From assembly GCA_963740315.1 (NCBI GenBank), contig CAVUDP010000002.1, forward strand, positions 3,104,001 through 3,168,000: DNA of 64,000 nucleotides. Reading direction: 5' to 3'. The stretch comes from an uncultured cyanobacterium (GTDB lineage Bacteria; Cyanobacteriota; Cyanobacteriia; Cyanobacteriales; Nostocaceae). Position 1 is the first letter of the stretch, and each line of letters starts with the position of its first letter. The position numbers were made by a program, and so were the translations under genes. Of this stretch, positions 52,764-63,172 are shown one piece after another. Under the pieces are notes generated by a model. That model made no database searches. It was not told where the DNA came from and saw nothing but the letters and a program-made list of their open reading frames with translations.

Positions 52764-55760
52764 TTATGGTACGGGTAGTATTGGTGGTACTGCTTCTTGG
52801 GGGGGAGTAAATGCAGGAGTTGTGATATTAGTTGTGTCGAAAATTTCCTCTAAAGCATTTTCTAAAGTATCTCTCATCACAATTTCGTTATCGTAAGCAA
52901 CAATCACTCTAACTAAAGTCGGTAAACTGTTTTCTTCAGCTTCCAGATATATAGGTTCGACATAAAGAAGCGATTCTTCGATAGGTATAACTAATAAATT
53001 TCCTTGAACTACTCTAGAACCTTCGCGATTCCATAAGGTAATTTGTTCGGAAATCTCCGGCTTTTGGTTAATCAAAGCTTCTATTTGTTGAATACCGTAA
53101 ACCAATTCCTGCTTGGGGAATTCGTAAAGCACTAATTTACCGTATTGTGAACCATCCGAACGAGCAGCCAGCCAAGCAATTAAGTTTCTTCGTTGGGTAG
53201 GAGTAAAAGGAAGTATTAAAATAAATTCTTCACTTTCAGCGGTAGGCAGTTTTGTAATTAAGTAGTAAGGCTGTACCTGTTGCTGTTCGGTACCGTAAAT
53301 TTCTGTAGGAATCTGCCACAAATCTTCTCGATTGTAGAACACCTGGGGGTCGGTCATGTGATAAGCCAGCAAGCGTTCCGACTGAATGCTGAAATAGTCT
53401 GATGGGTAGCGGATGTGACTGCGAAGAGTTACGGGTAATTCCGATAGAGGTTTGAACATTGATGGGAAAATTACCTCTAAAGTATTAATAATTGGGTCTG
53501 AAGGATCCGCAACGTAAAAGCTCACATCACCGTTATAAGCATCGGCAACAATTTTTACGGAGTTGCGGATGTAATTAAATTTATTTTTACCGGGGTCAGA
53601 ATACGGATAGCGATCGCTGGTTGTATAAGCATCAATTATCCAATACAAATATGTTGGTTTACCATCAATAGTTGTTCCTTTCCCATCGGCTGCAACTAAA
53701 TAAGGATCGCTATCAAAACGTAAAAAAGGAGCTATAGTTTTTATTCTTTGTTTTATATTGCGGCGGAAAATTAATTTAGTTTCTGGGGTAAAATTGCGGG
53801 TTAGCAACATCTGCCAATCTTTGAGATATTCAGCAAACATTAATCTTCGCCAAGATGTGCCAATAGGAATTCCACCACCTCCGTCGTAAACGTTAAATTC
53901 GTTCTCGTTGCCGCTGGGATAGTCAAACTCTTGAGTTCGGGTTCCCGTCATCACATAAGTATTGGCAAGTTCCCCAAAATAAATTCGCGGATTTGCAACG
54001 GGAATACTAGCGCTAATTTCTGCATTCGATATTGATAGAGAAGCTTGATTACCCGAATTTTCAACGCCAATATCTTTTATGTAGTAATAAGGTAATCCAC
54101 CGGGCGCGACTTGATTCACCGGACTCAGGGTAAACCCGTAGCCATGAGTATAAACTAAATGTTTGTTGACCCAAGTTTTTGCCGCATCGGGAACGTCATT
54201 GTAATCAAGTTCTCTGGCGGCGATAATAGTTTGCTGCTTAAAAGAAGCTTGAGAGCCAAGACTGCGTTTGAGAGTATAGCGGTCAATATCTGCATCTGGA
54301 AACTTATAATAAGGTCGAATTTGCTGTAGCTGACGGTTGCTTTGTAAAAGCGGGCGCGTATCCCACAAACGAATGTTTGCTATAGTTAGGTCATTTTCTC
54401 GTAAGTCAGATCCCGTCAGATTATTTTGAGGATTAAAAGTACTCGCATCAATACTGTCTAAATTAAATGCTTCGCGGGTAAGTTTGATTGTACGTTCGAT
54501 ATAAGGCTTTTCGCGGGTAATTTCGTTGGGCAGTACAACTAACTTTTGTACTACTGTAGGCAGAAAACTAACGGCAAAAGTTGCTACTACAAAAAACAAT
54601 CCCGATACGTAAACCAATTGTCGCGGGAAAGGGGCGCGTTTTATAGTTCCTTTTGTTCTTTTAGATAAAGCTAATGTTCGCACTACCAAATAAGCTGCAA
54701 TAGCGATCGCTAAAATAGTCAAGCTGGTATAAATAGGCAGCAAAACTTTGACATCTGTATAGCTCGCACCGTAGTTTACTCCCAACTTGGAATACAAAAG
54801 TTGATACCGTAACAGCCAATAACGTAAAGCTATAGCTAACATACTCAAGCAACCCAAGGCATTGAGATGAAGCCGTTGCTGTACGGTAAAACCGGGAAAT
54901 CTACCTTCACTCAAGCTGTTAGCGGAGCGTAAATAAATCAATGCTACCGCAGCTATACCAAATGCAAATAGTCCCAACAACCAAAATTGCAGTAGTTCCC
55001 AAATTGGTAACGAAAATACGTAAAAGCTAATATCTCGATTAAATAAAGGTTCCTTGATGTTATAGCTGGTGGCGCTGAAGTATTCTAAAACATTTATCCA
55101 CCGTGCCGATATCAAGAAAGCTAAAAGCAAGCTCACAAATACTGAAAGCGCTATCAGCCAAAATTCGTAACGAATAAAAATAGCAGCAGTCAAAGCCAGG
55201 AGTACGGCTAATTGCAAAATCGTAATTACAAACTGCCGTAACTGCAATACATTTAAGATAAACTGCAACCAAAATGGAAATTGCAGTAATTCACCGGGTA
55301 ATTTAACTTGGGGATACCAAACATTTAAAGTTTTTTGACTATAAAAAATTACTATCGCCGCCACTAAAACGGTTAAACCTAAAATCGTCGGTAAAAGCCA
55401 ACGTAGTTTAAAGCCATAAAGGTAAGCAGGAGTTTCAGGTGTTTTTAGAAAAACAGGAGAAGGGAAAAAAGTTTTTTTCTCTGTTTTACTTATTTCTTTC
55501 CCGTATCCTGCTTTCGGGTGTTGAAACTTTCTCGCTATAGTCAAATTGCCTAATAAAAAACACAGGCTTGCAAAAAAGGCGATCGCCCACAATCCCAACT
55601 GCGTTACCAAGCGCAATATAAATTCCGACAAATATCCAACTTTCTCAAACCAAAGAACTTCCGCCCCTAAGTGAGAGACTAAATCAAAAATTAGCCAAAA
55701 GCCCAACAGCACGAAAATTATCCGATATCTTATTTGATAAATTCGACTAACTATTTGCAT
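52764..55760 (-). CDS. UPF0182 family membrane protein
   Basis: NIRLWD, HLVYTHGYG, PRIYFGE, NYIRNSVK, LLYVEPIY motifs. Confidence 0.95.
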   Translation of the reverse strand: MQIVSRIYQIRYRIIFVLLGFWLIFDLVSHLGAEVLWFEKVGYLSEFILRLVTQLGLWAIAFFASLCFLLGNLTIARKFQHPKAGYGKEISKTEKKTFFPSPVFLKTPETPAYLYGFKLRWLLPTILGLTVLVAAIVIFYSQKTLNVWYPQVKLPGELLQFPFWLQFILNVLQLRQFVITILQLAVLLALTAAIFIRYEFWLIALSVFVSLLLAFLISARWINVLEYFSATSYNIKEPLFNRDISFYVFSLPIWELLQFWLLGLFAFGIAAVALIYLRSANSLSEGRFPGFTVQQRLHLNALGCLSMLAIALRYWLLRYQLLYSKLGVNYGASYTDVKVLLPIYTSLTILAIAIAAYLVVRTLALSKRTKGTIKRAPFPRQLVYVSGLFFVVATFAVSFLPTVVQKLVVLPNEITREKPYIERTIKLTREAFNLDSIDASTFNPQNNLTGSDLRENDLTIANIRLWDTRPLLQSNRQLQQIRPYYKFPDADIDRYTLKRSLGSQASFKQQTIIAARELDYNDVPDAAKTWVNKHLVYTHGYGFTLSPVNQVAPGGLPYYYIKDIGVENSGNQASLSISNAEISASIPVANPRIYFGELANTYVMTGTRTQEFDYPSGNENEFNVYDGGGGIPIGTSWRRLMFAEYLKDWQMLLTRNFTPETKLIFRRNIKQRIKTIAPFLRFDSDPYLVAADGKGTTIDGKPTYLYWIIDAYTTSDRYPYSDPGKNKFNYIRNSVKIVADAYNGDVSFYVADPSDPIINTLEVIFPSMFKPLSELPVTLRSHIRYPSDYFSIQSERLLAYHMTDPQVFYNREDLWQIPTEIYGTEQQQVQPYYLITKLPTAESEEFILILPFTPTQRRNLIAWLAARSDGSQYGKLVLYEFPKQELVYGIQQIEALINQKPEISEQITLWNREGSRVVQGNLLVIPIEESLLYVEPIYLEAEENSLPTLVRVIVAYDNEIVMRDTLENALEEIFDTTNITTPAFTPPQEAVPPILPVP

Positions 55761-56678
55761 TTCTAAAGGTTAATTTGTTATTAATCACGATAAATTTTAT
55801 TTGTAGCTCTTTTCAGTTGAGATTTTTCGCTTCTAACAGTTAAAAATAGATAATCTAAGTTAATTTCAACCAGCAATTAAATATCTTCTGGAAATTTTAC
55901 ACCATTTCGATCGGTTTAATTACTGAAGTTAAGCCAGATAAGAGTTGCGATCTAAAATTTGTGTGGTTAGTAATTTGATGAGGGGTAGGAGAAACGATTC
56001 GCATCAAATCGTCCAGTTTTTCTTGCCCGGATTATTTCTATTTTGACTTTTTATTAATAACTGGGAAACCAAGTATATAAAAATTAATAACTATATATAG
56101 CGAGCAAAATTATATAGCGAGCAAGATGCATGTCCTGGCGGACACGCTGCGCTAACGCACTACCAGATAGATATTTTTCACAAATTGGGATGCTCTCCCT
56201 CAATATATCGTTTGATAATCAATAGTGATTCGATATTATATATAGTTAAAACGCAAGATATAGATAAATAAACCTCTACATAATAATTTTTCTCACTAAA
56301 ATCAGTTAGCAGATTAAAAATGGAATAACTTATATCCGATCTATTTTCAGTAAGCTTTTAGCGATCGCTAAAATAAACGCGATCGCTTGCATTATACTGG
56401 CGAAACACCGTTGAATAAAAAAAATAGCCTAAAAAATAGTATCATATAAGGTTTTGAGCCGATATGAATTATGGAAAAATTTTAACTAGACCAACATATG
56501 ATGTAGTTTAAACTTATTGTTGCGATCGTAAATACAAGCTACAATTATTTGCAATTAGCTTCCGACTAAAGAAGCGTCATTTCTCGACCGATCAATTCAT
56601 GTTGAATAACCGTCGAGATTTGTAGGTGCAGCCCAGGAACAAGCAACTTAAGAAATTGATTCAGTGAGGAGTGTGAAA

Positions 56679-56861
56679 ATGCGTTCAAAAACAATTGCTT
56701 TATTTCTTGCATTAGGTATGGCAGCTAGCGTTACCGCTTGTGCTAGCAATGAACCTGCTGAAGTAGAAGGCACCGAAGGTACCGAACTAAACCCTGGAGT
56801 TGAACAAACTACCCCAGTAGAAACACCTGAAACAGAAGGTGGTGAAGGTGGAGAAAACTAA
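56679..56861 (+). CDS. Small acidic lipoprotein ending in EGGEGGEN
   Basis: Signal peptide with lipobox VTAC; GAGGAG RBS. Confidence 0.75.
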   Translation: MRSKTIALFLALGMAASVTACASNEPAEVEGTEGTELNPGVEQTTPVETPETEGGEGGEN

Positions 56862-56948
56862 GCCTCTATTACATCTACTTTTTTTATAGATTGACTTACA
56901 AAGGGCAAGAGAAAGGTGGGAAAACCGCCTCTATCTTGTCCAATTTTG

Positions 56949-57315
56949 ATGGGAGAGGGGGAGAGGGGGAGATGGTAAGCCACTGCGCCCTCGCGGGTTC
57001 CCCGACTTGTAGCAAGTGGCGCAACCCGTTCACGCGTTCACCGCGCTTGTGCGGCGAGGGCGTGCGGCGAGCGGGGGAGATGGGGAGATGGGGGGATGGG
57101 GGGATTTTCTTGGAGGGGGTGGAGGGGGTAGAGGGGGTAGAGGGGGTAGATAATTTAGAAATAACTCCTAACTCTTAACTCCTAACTCTCAACTCCTAAC
57201 TCCTAACTCCTAACTCCTAACTCCTAACTCCTAACTCCTAACTCCTACTCCCTACTCCCTGCTCCCTGCTCCCTACTCCCTACTCCCTGCTCTAAAATCT
57301 AAAATTTAAAATTTA
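56949..57315. repeat. STRR arrays with nested composite small repeat
   Basis: (CTCCTAA)n, (CTCCCTA/G)n and a GC-rich insert at 56972-57075. Confidence 0.9.
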
Positions 57316-57325
57316 AAATCAGAAG

Positions 57326-57997
57326 ATGATTTTTACTATAGAAAATGTTCTGACTGCTGAAGAATTAGATTTAATTACTGCCAAGCTTAAAGATGCGGAA
57401 TTTATTGACGGTAAGCTAACGGCGGGATGGTTTGCAAAAACAGTTAAAAATAATGCTCAATTATCTGGGAATGCTGAGACTGCTAATGAGTTGAGAACTA
57501 TTATAGTCAAAGCACTCACACGTAACAAGCTATTTCAAGCAGCAGTCAAACCCAAAATTATCCGTCCGATAATGTTCAATTGTTACGAAACTGGTATGTA
57601 TTACGGTTATCATACCGATAACGCGATCGCGGGTTCGGAAAAACCAATACGCTCCGATGTGTCATTTACCTTATTTCTGAATTCTCCCTCAAGTTACAAA
57701 GGAGGAGAATTAGTTATAGATACAAGTTTGGGCGAACAAGCTTTCAAATTAGAAGCAGGTTGTGCGATCGTATATCCTTCAACAACCCTGCATCGAGTAG
57801 AAACGGTAGAGACAGGTAAACGTCTGGCAGCAGTTAGTTGGGTACAAAGCTTCGTGCGCGAACCATCAGAACGCGAAATATTATTTGACTTAGATACAGC
57901 AAAACAAGTTATCTTTCAAAAAGACGGTAAAACACCAGAATTTGATTTAATTAGCAAAACCCACGCTAACTTGCTGCGGAAATGGGCGGAAGTTTAA
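57326..57997 (+). CDS. PKHD-type Fe(II)/2OG dioxygenase (PiuC/YbiX family)
   Basis: FIDGKLTAG, HTDN, GGEL, LHRVE, RLAAVSWVQS, NLLRKWAE. Confidence 0.93.
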   Translation: MIFTIENVLTAEELDLITAKLKDAEFIDGKLTAGWFAKTVKNNAQLSGNAETANELRTIIVKALTRNKLFQAAVKPKIIRPIMFNCYETGMYYGYHTDNAIAGSEKPIRSDVSFTLFLNSPSSYKGGELVIDTSLGEQAFKLEAGCAIVYPSTTLHRVETVETGKRLAAVSWVQSFVREPSEREILFDLDTAKQVIFQKDGKTPEFDLISKTHANLLRKWAEV

Positions 57998-58143
57998 GAG
58001 AGGAAAGAGGGGACAAGGGGAAGAGGGGGAAGATGGGGGGATGGGGGGGATGGGGAGATAAAAAACTCATAACTCATAACTCCTAACTCCTAACTATTCC
58101 CAATTCCCATTCACCGTAGGTGGGAAGTAGCCCAATGCCCAAT

Positions 58144-59430
58144 TCAACTAAATTGTTCTTCTGCATCTAGATTGAATAGTTTTTGTAGAGTTTGCATACA
58201 GTGTCGTCTGGCTTCGACATCTTGCTGCGCTCTTAACTGTACCATTGGGTCGTGTAATATTTTATTGACGATTCCCCGCGTTAGGGCTTCGATAACTTCT
58301 TGATGTTTTTCGCCAAATTCCGAACCCAATCTTGATAAAGCTTTTTCTAGTTCTTGTTCGCGGATGGTTTCAATTTTATTTCGTAAGCAACTAATTGTAG
58401 TCACTGTTTCGAGACTGCGCCACCACATATCGAAAGCTTCTGCTTCTTGTTCTAAAATCCCTTCAGCTTCCAGCGCCATTTGACGACGACTTTCTTGGTT
58501 TTGCGCTACTACTGCTTTCAAATCGTCTACATTAAACGCCTCTACATTATCTAGTTCGTTCACGTCTGAATGAACGTTGCGCGGTACGGAAATATCAAAC
58601 AACATCAAAGGGCGAGTGGGTTCTAAGATTAATTCTAATTTGCTGCGGTCTAATATTGGCTCTGTTGCCGAAGTACTTGTAAAGACTAAATCGCTCTCGA
58701 TAATTACTGACATCATTTCTGTCAGAGGTTGAGTCTGGATGTTACAACCATTGAACTGACTTGCTAATTCTTCCGCTCTTCCTACAGAACGATTTAAAAT
58801 ACAAATTTCTACTGCGCCTTTAGATATTAGATGCTGTACTAACAACCGCGACATTTTTCCAGCACCAACGATCGCAACTCTGACTGCTGCTAAATTTTGT
58901 ACTTTTATCTGCGCTAATTCCACGGCAGCGGAACTGATAGAAACCGCGCCAGTTCCAATACTAGTTTCGCTACGCACGCGCTTCCCGGCGGTAATTGCCT
59001 GTTTAAATAATTTATTTAAAACTGTTTTGATACCTTTGTATTGCTGACCAATTTTATGAGTAGTCTTTACCTGAGCCAGAATTTGTCCTTCTCCAAGTAC
59101 CAAGCTATCTAATCCACTACCCACTCGCATCAAATGCATTACCGCATCTTGATGAAGCAACATAAACAGGTGAGGTCTTAAAGACATTACAGGTAATTTA
59201 CTATGTTCGGAGAGAAACTGAGTTACTTCTCGGATACCTTGTTCGCTTTCTTGAGTAACGATATAAATTTCCAAGCGGTTGCAAGTGCTAAGAATTGTCA
59301 CCTCTTCAATACTGGGATAGCTTAACAGGTGAGCGATCGCGCCTTCAGTCTGTGGTTCGGGAATACTCAGTTTTTCTCGAACTTCTACTGGGGCTGTTTT
59401 GTGGCTTAACCCTACTACTGCTATATGCAT
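58144..59430 (-). CDS. hemA: Glutamyl-tRNA reductase
   Basis: [34 protein letters not shown] motifs. Confidence 0.98.
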   Translation of the reverse strand: MHIAVVGLSHKTAPVEVREKLSIPEPQTEGAIAHLLSYPSIEEVTILSTCNRLEIYIVTQESEQGIREVTQFLSEHSKLPVMSLRPHLFMLLHQDAVMHLMRVGSGLDSLVLGEGQILAQVKTTHKIGQQYKGIKTVLNKLFKQAITAGKRVRSETSIGTGAVSISSAAVELAQIKVQNLAAVRVAIVGAGKMSRLLVQHLISKGAVEICILNRSVGRAEELASQFNGCNIQTQPLTEMMSVIIESDLVFTSTSATEPILDRSKLELILEPTRPLMLFDISVPRNVHSDVNELDNVEAFNVDDLKAVVAQNQESRRQMALEAEGILEQEAEAFDMWWRSLETVTTISCLRNKIETIREQELEKALSRLGSEFGEKHQEVIEALTRGIVNKILHDPMVQLRAQQDVEARRHCMQTLQKLFNLDAEEQFS

Positions 59431-59738
59431 TACTTTAAATGGTAATTACTAATTATTTATTGATAATTGATATTCATGAAATAGGAATTGGGCATGGGAA
59501 GAGTTATGAGTTATGAGTTATGAGTTGTGAGTTATGTAAATTAAAAATGCCTCTTATCCAATAAAGGTTTTGAGACTTATCCTAAACGTGATTTTGGGAT
59601 TATCAACGCAATTAAGATAATTTGTACACTTTGTTCACATAGTTATTAAGTTACCGTCTTCAAAACTCCTAACTCCTAACTCCTAACTCCTAACTCTTAG
59701 ACGTAGCAGTGCTACGTCTCTACATTTCCTAAACAAAT

Positions 59739-60776
59739 TTAGGTAAGACTTATGCTTTGTGGCTTATCGAACATATGGATGGTATCGACAAACCGAGCAG
59801 TTTTGGACTGGCTGGAAATTACTAAGCTTTGAGTTCTAGCTCCTTTGTGGAAGAAACGAACTCCTTCCATTAAGGTTCCCGGAGTAATACCGCAGGCTGC
59901 AAAAAGTACATTCTCACCGTTGGCTAGTTCTTCGGCAGTGTAAATTTTATCTGGGTCATTAATACCCATTTCTTTAAGTCTTTTAAGGTTGCCTTCTTTG
60001 CTTTCGCCAATCAAACCTGTTTGAACTACTTCTGGATCGTAGATCAATTGTCCTTGGAAGTGCCCGCCCAAGCAACGCATTGCAGCAGCAGAAATTACAC
60101 CTTCGGGTGCAGCACCGATACCCATGAGCGCATGAATGTTGGTTCCGGTAAAACCGCAGGAAATAGCGGCAGAAACGTCACCATCGCTAATTAAGCGTAC
60201 TCTAGCACCAGCTTGACGAATTTCCGTAATTAATTCTTTGTGACGGGGACGATCCATCACTACTACAACCAATTCCTCAACGGTACGATTCAAGCACTCA
60301 GCTAAAATTGTCAGGTTTTCGGTGGCAGATTTATCAATATCTACTTTGCCCTTTGCTTGTGGTGGTGCTGCTAACTTTCTCATATAAAAGTCAGGTGCAG
60401 CAAATAAACCGCCTTTTTCGGAAATTGCCAATACAGCCATCGAACCATTTTGACCGTATGCTACTAGGTTAGTACCTTCGCAAGGGTCAACCGCGATGTC
60501 AATTTCAACTAATTCATCGGGGTTACAGAAAGTTTTGGCATCTTCACGAGTACAAATTCCCACTTCTTCACCGATGTAAAGCATGGGAGCATCATCGCGT
60601 TCGCCTTCTCCAATCACAATGCGCCCGCGCATATAGATTTTATTCATTCTTTCCCGCATAGCTTCCACAGCTACTTGGTCGGCGGTATTCTTCTCGCCCT
60701 TACCCATCCAGCGAGCGCTAGCGATCGCCGCTTGCTCAACTACTTCAATAATCTCTAACCCAAGAGTGTTTTCCAC
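59739..60776 (-). CDS. glpX: Bifunctional fructose-1,6-/sedoheptulose-1,7-bisphosphatase (class II)
   Basis: [28 protein letters not shown] motifs. Confidence 0.97.
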   Translation of the reverse strand: MENTLGLEIIEVVEQAAIASARWMGKGEKNTADQVAVEAMRERMNKIYMRGRIVIGEGERDDAPMLYIGEEVGICTREDAKTFCNPDELVEIDIAVDPCEGTNLVAYGQNGSMAVLAISEKGGLFAAPDFYMRKLAAPPQAKGKVDIDKSATENLTILAECLNRTVEELVVVVMDRPRHKELITEIRQAGARVRLISDGDVSAAISCGFTGTNIHALMGIGAAPEGVISAAAMRCLGGHFQGQLIYDPEVVQTGLIGESKEGNLKRLKEMGINDPDKIYTAEELANGENVLFAACGITPGTLMEGVRFFHKGARTQSLVISSQSKTARFVDTIHMFDKPQSISLT

Positions 60777-61050
60777 AAATGCCCTCTCAATTGCTTATTA
60801 AATGCGGTATTGACGAATTGCGATATCAGTTATTAAGTCTACCAAAGGGGGGATACCAGTGGAAATCCGTCTTGCCTTTGGTTTGTGTTAAGTTTTGCAT
60901 CCGAGCGGATTTTTCAGGTGTGAGATTTGCTGTAGGGAATATATTTACGACGGTCGGAAGACATATACTTTTAGATAGATTTTTTACAGCTAATATTTCT
61001 AAATAATTAAATTTGCTGAATTTAATTTTCCTGAAGTTAATATTTAATTT

Positions 61051-61206
61051 CGTTCTAAAAAGTTTAATTGTCCTAATTGTGGACACAAAATCGATCGGGA
61101 TGCAAACGGTAGTATCAATAATCTACATAAAAACAATCTTTGGCAATTAGCCAGAGATAAGGTTAATTGCACCTGCGGACAGAGTATTACTAGGTTCTGC
61201 CTGTAA
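61051..61206 (+). pseudogene. IS200/IS605 TnpB C-terminal remnant
   Basis: Translates as RSKKFNCPNCGHKIDRDANGSINNL..., the Zn-ribbon half plus RuvC-III DRDxN motif; no upstream coding part. Confidence 0.75.
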
Positions 61207-61270
61207 TTACCGGGTTAAAGACTATCTGCTAGCCTAAAAGAAAGTTACATAAAATCCCTCAAATAATAAG

Positions 61271-61588
61271 ATGTTTGATTTTCTCAACCCGCTTTTAGGT
61301 CGCCATCCCGAACAAATCAAAGCAAGCGTGGAACTTTATACTTGGCAGACTTGCCCTTATTGCATCCGTGCGAAAATGCTTTTGTGGTGGAAAGGGGTTA
61401 AATTCACCGAATATAAAATTGATGGAGACGCAACAGCTAGAAATGCAATGGCGGAGCGTGCGAACGGACGGCGTACAGTACCGCAAATTTTTATTAATAG
61501 TCAACACGTTGGCGGTTGCGACGATTTGTATCAATTAGATACTCAAGGTCAACTTGATTCTCTTTTAAATCAACCAGCAACAGCTTAG
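61271..61588 (+). CDS. grxC: Glutaredoxin 3
   Basis: CPYC, TVPQIF, GGCDD motifs. Confidence 0.95.
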   Translation: MFDFLNPLLGRHPEQIKASVELYTWQTCPYCIRAKMLLWWKGVKFTEYKIDGDATARNAMAERANGRRTVPQIFINSQHVGGCDDLYQLDTQGQLDSLLNQPATA

Positions 61589-61617
61589 AAAATTCAGCTT
61601 TTTGCAAAATATGATTA

Positions 61618-61653
61618 AAAACCCGATTTCTACAATAAATCGGGTTATTTTTT
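61618..61653 (+). terminator. Intrinsic terminator after grxC
   Basis: AACCCGATTT...AAATCGGGTT followed by ATTTTTT. Confidence 0.7.
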
Positions 61654-61774
61654 GAATAAAGTTATATTAATTTCGTTGTAAAACCTGAAACCTTTGTAGA
61701 GACGCAAGGGTATCGCGTCTCTACACCATTTGTTTGTCTAACAACTAACAACTAACAACTAACTTGTTAAAAAT

Positions 61775-62260
61775 ATGTTAAGCAGCCATTCTGAATATCT
61801 TATACATAGAAAATGGATGGAGCAGGCATTAAAGCTGTCTGAATCGGCGGGGGAAGCAGGTGAGGTTCCTGTTGGCGCTGTTATTATTGATTCATCCCAA
61901 AATACGATTGCAGAAGCTGAAAATAGGAAACAACGCGACAATGACCCCACCGCCCATGCGGAAATTCTCGCTATCCGGGAAGCAACGCGCTCTTTACAAA
62001 GTTGGCGGCTGCATGAATGTAGTCTCTACGTTACTCTGGAACCTTGCCCGATGTGTGCTGGTGCCATTGTGCAAGCCCGTGTTGGTCTACTAATCTATGG
62101 AGTAGATGACCCGAAAACTGGGGCTATTCGGACTGTTGCTAATATTCCTGATAGTACGGCTTCCAATCACCGTTTGGGTGTAATTGGAGGCATCTTAGAA
62201 TCTGACTGTCGCCAACAGTTACAAGATTGGTTTGCTAATCGGCGACATAGCATAACTTAA
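61775..62260 (+). CDS. tadA: tRNA adenosine(34) deaminase
   Basis: EVPVGAV, HAE, TLEPCPMC motifs. Confidence 0.95.
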   Translation: MLSSHSEYLIHRKWMEQALKLSESAGEAGEVPVGAVIIDSSQNTIAEAENRKQRDNDPTAHAEILAIREATRSLQSWRLHECSLYVTLEPCPMCAGAIVQARVGLLIYGVDDPKTGAIRTVANIPDSTASNHRLGVIGGILESDCRQQLQDWFANRRHSIT

Positions 62261-62375
62261 AGGACAGAGGTAAAACTGTCCAGTGAGTGCTACAAAAGTT
62301 GAGGCAGAAAATCTACGGTGTTACTAATCAAGAATCTTTACATTTTGATTCACTCAATATTCAGCAGTCACCGTA

Positions 62376-63146
62376 ATGATGGAATTAAATTCGATATTTG
62401 ATACTGGCAGACAAAAAACACCTAATAGTCAAGTAAGCACTAAGTTGGCTGATACTACTTCGCAAATTTCTCCTTGGTTAAGTTCTCTAAGTTACCTACT
62501 GGCAGGAAATGTACTTTTACCTTTGTACTTTAGCCAAATCACAATTACGGGACAGGAAAATTTACCGTCTAGCGGACCTGTAATTTTAGCCCCTACCCAT
62601 AAGGCGCGTTGGGATTCGTTGCTTTTGCCTTATGCAACTGGACGTTGCGTTACTGGGCGAGATTTGCGTTTTATGGTCACAAGTACTGAATGTCAGGGTT
62701 TTCAAGGTTGGTTTGTTCGACGTTTGGGAGGATTCCCTGTAGATTCAAAACGTCCTTCGATTAAAACTCTTCGTCATACTGTTGAATTGCTCCAAAGTGG
62801 TGAAATGTTAGTTATTTATCCAGAAGGCGGCATTTTTCGCGATCGCGATATTCACCAACTAAAGCCTGGAATTGCGCGTTTGGCTTTGAGCGCGGAATCA
62901 TCTCACCCCGGTTTGGGAGTGAAAATTGTACCTATTTGTTTCAATTACAGTCATCCTTATCCAAGTTGGGGTACGGATGTTTCCATCAGCATTGCTTCAC
63001 CAATCAAAGTATCTGACTACGATCGAGGCTGTGTAAAGCAAGATGCTAAAACACTTACAGATGATTTATCTCACGCACTTCAACAACTAAACTATCAATA
63101 TGATGATTTCGCTGATAGTGGTTTTGCACAAATATCTAATTCTTAA
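62376..63146 (+). CDS. plsC: Lysophospholipid acyltransferase (PlsC family)
   Basis: THKARWD (HxxxxD), GGFPVD, YPEG motifs. Confidence 0.85.
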   Translation: MMELNSIFDTGRQKTPNSQVSTKLADTTSQISPWLSSLSYLLAGNVLLPLYFSQITITGQENLPSSGPVILAPTHKARWDSLLLPYATGRCVTGRDLRFMVTSTECQGFQGWFVRRLGGFPVDSKRPSIKTLRHTVELLQSGEMLVIYPEGGIFRDRDIHQLKPGIARLALSAESSHPGLGVKIVPICFNYSHPYPSWGTDVSISIASPIKVSDYDRGCVKQDAKTLTDDLSHALQQLNYQYDDFADSGFAQISNS

Positions 63147-63172
63147 GAGTTAGTTGTTAGTTGATAATGGAT

